Positions 57,700 to 64,000 of a DNA stretch of 64,000 nucleotides are shown here, in pieces (position 1 is the first letter of the stretch; each line of letters starts with the position of its first letter). The stretch comes from Thermoprotei archaeon (GTDB taxonomy: Archaea > Thermoproteota > Thermoprotei > Gearchaeales > WAQG01). A program made the translations under genes and the position numbers. The notes under the pieces are model-generated. The model did no database searches, was not told the origin of the DNA, and saw only the letters and a list, made by a program, of their open reading frames with translations. Where the stretch lies: positions 352,208 to 416,207 of the forward strand of contig JAVZOV010000002.1 in NCBI GenBank assembly GCA_038881895.1, written 5' to 3'.

Positions 57700-57786
57700 T
57701 TAACTAATAAAAGAAAAAGATTATGTAGATTTTTTTATAGATTTCTTTATTAAATATCTTGAAAGTATAATATTAGGGGGAGGACC

Positions 57787-58434
57787 TTGATCAAGAATTA
57801 TATGGATATATATAATGAAAAAGTGAAAAATCCAATTGGTAAAGTATTTAACGGAGGATATTTAATGCTGGATTTTAATACTATTCGTATTGATAGTCCA
57901 AGATTAAATCTTGGAAGCATGGTTGTTATTGCAAGCGAAAATATTCTCATAGTAGGTGTTATAAAAAATCATGAAATAAGAATATACTATCCAGAGAAAA
58001 TACCTAGCAAAGTAGCAATAAGTTGGAAAGCTTATAAAGAACAATATCCTGATATAGAAAATATAATGGCTGTTATTTATAGTGCAGTTTCCATAGGATA
58101 TTTCAATGGAACTAATTTCGTACAAGGCACACCATACAAGGCCCCAATGATGCATGACCTAGTTTTTGAGCCAGATATAGATTTCATAAGAGATTTTCAC
58201 AAAGATTTACAGATGGAATACATACCGCTCATATATTCATCGTTAAATATGAATAGAGTAGACTTTATGCAATTAGTATTTAACCTTTACAAATGGTTAA
58301 GTGAATCAAAATATTTTGACAAGAATGAATTAAAAGAACTCTACAAATCAAGTTTACGCAGTCTAACAACATACGGATTTATTGATATAATACCACAATA
58401 CATTAAATTTATTGGATCGTTATTTAAGGAGTGA
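57787..58434 (+). CDS. Stand-alone HAS-barrel-like protein (HerA N-terminal domain homologue without ATPase)
   Basis: PIGKVFNGGYLMLDFNTIRIDSPRLNLGSMVVIASENILIVGVIKN follows the HerA N-terminal barrel pattern. Lies 6 nt upstream of the HerA-like gene. Start is TTG 57787 or ATG 57802. Confidence 0.4.
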   Translation: MIKNYMDIYNEKVKNPIGKVFNGGYLMLDFNTIRIDSPRLNLGSMVVIASENILIVGVIKNHEIRIYYPEKIPSKVAISWKAYKEQYPDIENIMAVIYSAVSIGYFNGTNFVQGTPYKAPMMHDLVFEPDIDFIRDFHKDLQMEYIPLIYSSLNMNRVDFMQLVFNLYKWLSESKYFDKNELKELYKSSLRSLTTYGFIDIIPQYIKFIGSLFKE

Positions 58435-58440
58435 ATAGAA

Positions 58441-60138
58441 ATGGAAAACATAGGATATATAGTAGGAGGTTCACTTGAGAAAGGAGTACAAATCAAATTA
58501 AATGTAAGCTCTGAAGATATTACCGTAGGTAGTTTAAAAGTAGCCAATGGGATAAGGAGGAAATATCTGCTTTTATTAAATAACGTGTATCACGGTAGTA
58601 TGGATGTAGCTAATAAATTATCATCGAGTAACATTTCATCAGGTTTAATAGATGTCATGCGTGAGGAGATCCTACCTTCTTACGCTACTGGTATTGTAAT
58701 AGCTCAAGGAGATAATGATAAGATCGAAGAGGCGAACACAATACCAGATTACTTATCATCAGTTACAACACTAACTATAAACGATGCTAAAATATTTTAC
58801 AGTGCACCTGATGAGGATAACTTTTTAAAGTTAGGTTTTGGTTCTCCAATAGGTATAGAAGATGCGCTGATTCCTGTAGATATACCGATGCTCACAAAAT
58901 CAAGCTTTGCGATTTATGGAAAGACCGGAACTGGTAAAACTGTGCTAGGAAATATAATAGCAATAAATATTGCATTGTATACTGCACAACGCAAGTATAG
59001 TGGTGATTATGAATACACACCTGTCTCAATGCTTATACTAGATATGCATAGTGAATACGGAACGACAGTTAAAGATATGTATGGAAAACAACTTGGATAT
59101 GGAGTTGCAAGAATAATGCCTGATGAGTTTATTGCATACACACCTGATGAAGAACTAGTAAGAATCAGTAAAGAGGATAGACACATCATGTATATGCTAA
59201 AAATAAGCGCATCAGAAATAGAACCTCAGGACATAATACTTATGTCGGAATTACTTAATCTGACAGAAACACAAACAAGTACTCTCCAAACAATATCAGA
59301 ACAAATCCGTCAAATGGTAAAAGAAATTAAGGAACCTGAATATAAAGACTATCCATGGATAGCATATCTATATGATGACAAACTTTATGAAAAATTAATC
59401 AATTTAGTTGAAAAAGAAAGAGAGGGAAAGAAAAAGGAATTTGATTCTAAAATTATACCAACCATACAATCGCTTCATAGAAAATTGAGTTTTCTTAGAA
59501 ACTATAAATTCATTGAAGAAAAAGGTGAAAATAAAGGAGTAATAGATAGTATAGTTGAATCATTATTGGGAAAAGAACTAAAACATATTGTAATATCTTT
59601 TGGAGCTTATGGTGATGATGTAAGAGCCTATACGTTACTCACGAACATGATTGCAAGAAGACTTTTAGAAAATGCTGTAACATTAGGTTTGCAAAAAAGA
59701 GAATTATCAAAAAGAATAGTGATATTTGTCGAAGAAGCTCATAAATTTTTAGACCCCAAATTAAAGGAGAACAGTCCTATGGGAAAAATTGCTAGAGAAC
59801 TCAGAAAGCGTGGAATAACACTTTGTATAATAGATCAAAGGCCTTCTCAGATTGATCCTGATGTGAGTAGCATGATCTGGAACACTTTTACTTCAGTATT
59901 AGGTGACGAAAATGATATTAAGGCAGCAACCATTAACCTCATTAATTCAAAATTATATGACCCAATCATACGATCATTAGCACGGCAAAGCTTTCTTGCA
60001 TATGGTGACGCATTTAGATTTCCGGTAGTTGTCAAGATAATAGATTACTCAACGTATGCAAAACGCGCAATGAAACTCTATACTAGGATTAAGGCGTCAA
60101 TAAAGTCTATCGATGAAACTCTTAAAAGCGAGATTTAA
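58441..60138 (+). CDS. HerA-like (FtsK/HerA superfamily, DUF87-type) ATPase
   Basis: N-terminal barrel IGYIVGGSLEKGVQIKLNV..., Walker A YGKTGTGKT, Walker B IVIFVEEAHKFL, and CIIDQRPSQIDPDV. Confidence 0.75.
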   Translation: MENIGYIVGGSLEKGVQIKLNVSSEDITVGSLKVANGIRRKYLLLLNNVYHGSMDVANKLSSSNISSGLIDVMREEILPSYATGIVIAQGDNDKIEEANTIPDYLSSVTTLTINDAKIFYSAPDEDNFLKLGFGSPIGIEDALIPVDIPMLTKSSFAIYGKTGTGKTVLGNIIAINIALYTAQRKYSGDYEYTPVSMLILDMHSEYGTTVKDMYGKQLGYGVARIMPDEFIAYTPDEELVRISKEDRHIMYMLKISASEIEPQDIILMSELLNLTETQTSTLQTISEQIRQMVKEIKEPEYKDYPWIAYLYDDKLYEKLINLVEKEREGKKKEFDSKIIPTIQSLHRKLSFLRNYKFIEEKGENKGVIDSIVESLLGKELKHIVISFGAYGDDVRAYTLLTNMIARRLLENAVTLGLQKRELSKRIVIFVEEAHKFLDPKLKENSPMGKIARELRKRGITLCIIDQRPSQIDPDVSSMIWNTFTSVLGDENDIKAATINLINSKLYDPIIRSLARQSFLAYGDAFRFPVVVKIIDYSTYAKRAMKLYTRIKASIKSIDETLKSEI

Positions 60139-60196
60139 TTTAAACAATTCTGTATGTTTATTTAGTAGTATTGCTTTTTCTCTAGTGGTGTTTGTC

Positions 60197-61192
60197 ATGG
60201 GTGATAACATCAATATCGCACTTTATGGTGTTGGAGAAATAGGTGCGTTAATAGCAAAAACTGCACACATGAGAGGCCTCAATATAGTAGGAGCAATAGA
60301 TATAGATCCTAAAAAAATAGGGAAAGATCTGAGTGAAGTTATCGGTTTAAAAGAAAAAATGGGTGTCACAATAACTGATAATACGAATAACCTAAAAAAT
60401 GTTGATATAGTGTTACACTCAACAGGCACATATTTAGATAGGATTTATAATCAATTAGAGACATGCATAAAACTTAACTGTGATGTTATCTCAACATGTG
60501 AGACATTATCGTATCCATATTATAGGTATTCTGAATTAGCAAAACAGATAGACCAACTTGCTAAAAAACACGGTGTAACAGTAATAGGTACTGGTGTGAA
60601 TCCTGGCTTCATACTTGACACTTTAGTTGCTATTTTAACTAGTCCGTCATGGAATGTGGAATACATTAGAGCTATACGATCATTAAATGCTGCTTACAGA
60701 CGTAGCAATTTTCAGAAAAAAATAGGAGTTGGCATGACACCAGAAGAGGCAAAGAAGAAAATTAACTCAGGTGAGATTACTGGGCATGTTGGTTATGCTG
60801 AATCAGTACTTCTCATTTCAAAGTTCTTAAATTTAGAAGTTAACAAAGTAGAGGAAAATCAAATGCCTGTAATTGCTAAGAAAAATGTAAAAGTTGGTGA
60901 TGTGAACATTGAAAAAGGATACGTTTTAGGATTAAAAGGTTATGGCATAGGTTATCAAAATGACAAAGAAATAATCAGAGTTGAACTAAGAGCATATATT
61001 GGAGCAAAAGATTATGAAGATATAACAATAAAAGGAACACCTGAAATAAGATGGAGAAGTAATGGAACTCAAGGTGATATAGCGACAGCAGGTATGATAG
61101 TTAATATGATACCAAGAGTATTAGAGACCAGACCAGGTTTACTTACAATGGCTGATTTAGAGATACCAAGATATTTCTCCAAAATACAATGA
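60197..61192 (+). CDS. DapB-like NAD(P)-dependent dehydrogenase (amine dehydrogenase / 2,4-diaminopentanoate dehydrogenase-like family)
   Basis: Rossmann start NIALYGVGEIGALIAK and GTGVNPGFILDTL. ATG 60197; the track start 60113 overlaps the HerA-like gene. Confidence 0.5.
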   Translation: MGDNINIALYGVGEIGALIAKTAHMRGLNIVGAIDIDPKKIGKDLSEVIGLKEKMGVTITDNTNNLKNVDIVLHSTGTYLDRIYNQLETCIKLNCDVISTCETLSYPYYRYSELAKQIDQLAKKHGVTVIGTGVNPGFILDTLVAILTSPSWNVEYIRAIRSLNAAYRRSNFQKKIGVGMTPEEAKKKINSGEITGHVGYAESVLLISKFLNLEVNKVEENQMPVIAKKNVKVGDVNIEKGYVLGLKGYGIGYQNDKEIIRVELRAYIGAKDYEDITIKGTPEIRWRSNGTQGDIATAGMIVNMIPRVLETRPGLLTMADLEIPRYFSKIQ

Positions 61193-61638
61193 GACGATCA
61201 GGACTATTTTTTATAATTATTGGTACTATCGGTATCATAGTGAGCATACTACTTATGTTAGATTCTTTGAGTGCTTCATCTTATTGTTTAATAGGATCAT
61301 CGTGTCTTGCGATAGTCCAAAGCGAATATGCATACCTTTTTAGTATACCTCTATGGTTTCTTGCATTGGTAGGATTCATATTGTATACTTTACTTGGTAT
61401 ACTTTATACAATGCTCAAAAATGTTAGGACTGCGTACATCATACTTCTCACAATTTTTATTGGATCTGTTATTTCTTCAATTCTTGCATTTTACTTAATT
61501 AGCATCGAACTCTACATTCTTCATACTATTTGTTCATATTGTTCCATACTGCACTTATTAATATTCTCAAGCTCTGTATATACAGCATACATACTAATAG
61601 CTTTTCCTCGTCAAAAGGTGAGACTATCAGAGTCTTGA
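61189..61638 (+). CDS. VKOR-family (vitamin K epoxide reductase-like) membrane oxidoreductase
   Basis: 4-TM protein with loop cysteines YCLIGSSC and active-site CSYC in the last TM. The start overlaps the upstream stop (ATGA). Confidence 0.6.
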   Translation: MRRSGLFFIIIGTIGIIVSILLMLDSLSASSYCLIGSSCLAIVQSEYAYLFSIPLWFLALVGFILYTLLGILYTMLKNVRTAYIILLTIFIGSVISSILAFYLISIELYILHTICSYCSILHLLIFSSSVYTAYILIAFPRQKVRLSES

Positions 61639-61681
61639 ATATCTACAGTAATGATTATAATAGTATCTAAAACAGTGCGAC

Positions 61682-62641
61682 TTAATGAAAATAGTCTACT
61701 AATTCTCTCATATTAATAGAGAGCATTCTCTGAATATTGTATAGAGCAATACCACTTGCTATTATATCTGCTGTGGATCCGGGATTTAAATTGAGTTCAT
61801 TTAATTTTCTATCTAGTTCTTTAAGCATTTTTAGACCTTTTTTGCCATAAATTTTTCTTAATTTTTTTATTTCAGCCGCCTCATTCATAATTAGGACAGC
61901 AATTTCTTTATTACCTTTTCTAATTATAAGACTATCTGGTCTTTCGGATAACAAGTGGATATATGCTGAAATTATTGAATTATTCCATCCAATTTTACTG
62001 AGATTTTTTTCTATGAATTTTTTCACGAAAATAGATTCAGGATAACCGTTTATTAATTCTCTACTTACAATATCCCATGACGCAGATTCAGTAAGAACAT
62101 CCCATAATGTATAATTATTTCTTTTCAGTTCACTTTCGAAATTTTCTATGAAAACATCAGGTAAGCTTGTTTTTTCTGGCTTATACTTCTTAACATATGA
62201 TGGTGATGCTTCTCTGATAGCTTTATAAAACATTATAGCATCTTCTACATTGCTATTTTTCACAATATCTTGTGCCTTAAACACGATCTCTCTAATATCT
62301 AGTCTTGGCAAACACTGAGCTACACCGGCAGCCAATGGTATAAGAAGTGTTGCTAATCCTAAATTTGTATTGCCACCTCCATGAATTTTTCTAGCAAATT
62401 TGACTGCAAGATAAATAGCTTTTCCAACTTCTATTTGGTTGTTATTCAGTGATCTATTAAAGACTTCGATAAAGATAGGTTGCATTACATGACTAGTTAT
62501 AAGGAAATCTTCAAACTTTGTATCTTTATAATCATGAAATCGATGTACATTACCTGGTTTAGGATACGCCGCTACTTCAAGAGAAATTGCAGATGATAAC
62601 GCTATAGAAATTAAGTAGCTATAGCTTATCTGAAATTTCAT
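61682..62641 (-). CDS. CitG/MdcB-family protein (triphosphoribosyl-dephospho-CoA synthase-like)
   Basis: YPKPGNVHRFHDYKDTKFEDFL, GGNTNLGLATLL and NPGSTADIIASG match the family motif order. Confidence 0.65.
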   Translation of the reverse strand: MKFQISYSYLISIALSSAISLEVAAYPKPGNVHRFHDYKDTKFEDFLITSHVMQPIFIEVFNRSLNNNQIEVGKAIYLAVKFARKIHGGGNTNLGLATLLIPLAAGVAQCLPRLDIREIVFKAQDIVKNSNVEDAIMFYKAIREASPSYVKKYKPEKTSLPDVFIENFESELKRNNYTLWDVLTESASWDIVSRELINGYPESIFVKKFIEKNLSKIGWNNSIISAYIHLLSERPDSLIIRKGNKEIAVLIMNEAAEIKKLRKIYGKKGLKMLKELDRKLNELNLNPGSTADIIASGIALYNIQRMLSINMRELVDYFH

Positions 62642-62656
62642 AATCTCTTCACTAAA

Positions 62657-63907
62657 TTATAAAACACCATGCTTTTTATAGAATAGTTTACCGGTTTCCT
62701 TAACTGTGAGAGTAATATTTTTCTCCTCACTAACTTTTTTAAGTTCCTCTCTTATCAGATTGTATATTAATTCTTTATCTATAGTTCTTAGTATAGCATT
62801 TTCATGGGCCCTTAATAAAACATAAGGATACCCTTTACCTTTCACTTGTTGTAAAAGTGATATCTGAGAAGCTATACTAAGATGTATATCATCGATGTGA
62901 GATGAAGCCCATCCAGGTATTTCAACTCTCATAATATTATCTTCATCAACTTTAATATAGAAACCTTTAATATCAATATTTCTATTATGTTCTAATACCA
63001 AATTATGTACCTGGAAAAGTGGACCTCTCTCATAAACTTTAAGTCGTTTAAGAAAAAGATTTTTGTCATTTATGATAGAATATTTCAAACAGGGAGAATT
63101 ATCACCTTTCTCTAATATACATCTATTACATGATAATTCAGAAACGCAAATTACACCTCTTATTAATGCATTAAGAAAACCCCTACTTAATGAATGGTAA
63201 ACACCTATAGGTGTCACATTGAGTCTTTTCATATTATCGATGAAACGTCTTAGTGCGCTAACAAGTAATTCCTGATCCTCAGTTGAATAGTTTCCTGCAT
63301 ATGGTATCGATAAAGACCCATCATAAAGAAGAAATACTTTTTTATCTTTGTCTAAATCGCGTATAATTTTTTCTATTAATTTCTCCATCAATTCAAATTG
63401 CCAAATTTCTAAATCAACTTCTTTCATAATATGCCATGAATTCCTTTGTTGTGAGCGCCTGACAAAGAGTTCTTTACCTATCTTTACCTCGGCAATATTA
63501 TCAATCTTATAACCCCTTGTAATTACTTTAGGAGCATACACAAATGTTACTACATTCATAACTGATACTAAAGGTTTGATGTGGACATCAGGTTTTATCC
63601 AGCTAGAATCAACTCCTATTATAATATTTCTTGTTCGTGCATCTGTAGAATCAGGATTTATTTTAGGTGACATGATTAAATTGACAGGTTCCAATGGTAT
63701 ATCAACTTCATTAAGAATTGTGAGAGTTGATGGGTCATTTTTTATAATATTTGATATTTTATCGATATCTCCATTAAAAAGTTTATAAGAATCCAGCTCA
63801 GTCATGATCTCAGCATAATCCATTAAATCATTTAGTATTAATTCAATTTTTTCTCTAAGCTGCTTTCCTATATCAGCTATTAATGATAACTTACCATACT
63901 CATACAT
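62657..63907 (-). CDS. NurA-domain nuclease-like protein
   Basis: IIGVDSS, VFLLYDGSLSIPY, FYIKVDEDNIMRVEIPGW and GYPYVLLRAHENAIL follow the NurA motif order. Confidence 0.6.
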   Translation of the reverse strand: MYEYGKLSLIADIGKQLREKIELILNDLMDYAEIMTELDSYKLFNGDIDKISNIIKNDPSTLTILNEVDIPLEPVNLIMSPKINPDSTDARTRNIIIGVDSSWIKPDVHIKPLVSVMNVVTFVYAPKVITRGYKIDNIAEVKIGKELFVRRSQQRNSWHIMKEVDLEIWQFELMEKLIEKIIRDLDKDKKVFLLYDGSLSIPYAGNYSTEDQELLVSALRRFIDNMKRLNVTPIGVYHSLSRGFLNALIRGVICVSELSCNRCILEKGDNSPCLKYSIINDKNLFLKRLKVYERGPLFQVHNLVLEHNRNIDIKGFYIKVDEDNIMRVEIPGWASSHIDDIHLSIASQISLLQQVKGKGYPYVLLRAHENAILRTIDKELIYNLIREELKKVSEEKNITLTVKETGKLFYKKHGVL

Positions 63908-64000
63908 TATATTTCATCCCTAATACATTATAGAGAAATATAAAAATTGCTGATATTCAAACAAATGTAAATATTTTTAGTTATTATGAGCTTCTTTTAA

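Noticed and set aside
1-64000. CRISPR arrays, rRNA genes, prophage or integrase-bounded islands
   Set aside because: I saw no regularly spaced direct repeats, no rRNA-like sequence, and no integrase or att-like tRNA-flanking duplication.

Overview
AT-rich archaeal chromosome segment with crenarchaeal (Thermoprotei-type) hallmarks: L14e, L34e and L32e/L19e genes, a BHB-type intron inside cbf5, tRNA introns at a non-canonical D-loop position, and GGTGA Shine-Dalgarno motifs inside operons. Bases 2.3-18.4 kb hold the conserved ribosomal-protein superoperon (rpl3 to rpl15, secY, DUF106 insertase-like gene, rpl34e, cmk, rpl14e, cbf5). The rest is housekeeping and metabolic: an SQR-like enzyme with a DUF1641 partner, a CDF transporter, AlaX, ThiL, two tandem PurP genes, RidA, an ECF transporter operon ending in a phosphoribosyltransferase, an AMP-forming CoA ligase, IorAB, EF-1alpha/S10, a PfkB kinase, an FTR1 permease, a SCO1/cupredoxin-like cluster, and small redox and unknown proteins. 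Three minus-strand copies of an IS607/IS1341-like element are scattered through it, each carrying an HTH-only ORF overlapping tnpB, along with several IS scars and GC-rich IS-associated modules. There are three tRNA genes: Ser-GGA and Ser-UGA with D-loop introns, and Cys-GCA. The right end carries a HerA-like ATPase preceded by a stand-alone HAS-barrel-like ORF and, convergently, a NurA-like nuclease gene directly followed by a CitG-family gene. I saw no CRISPR array and no rRNA. All calls come from reading the sequence and ORF translations by eye; no database search was run.
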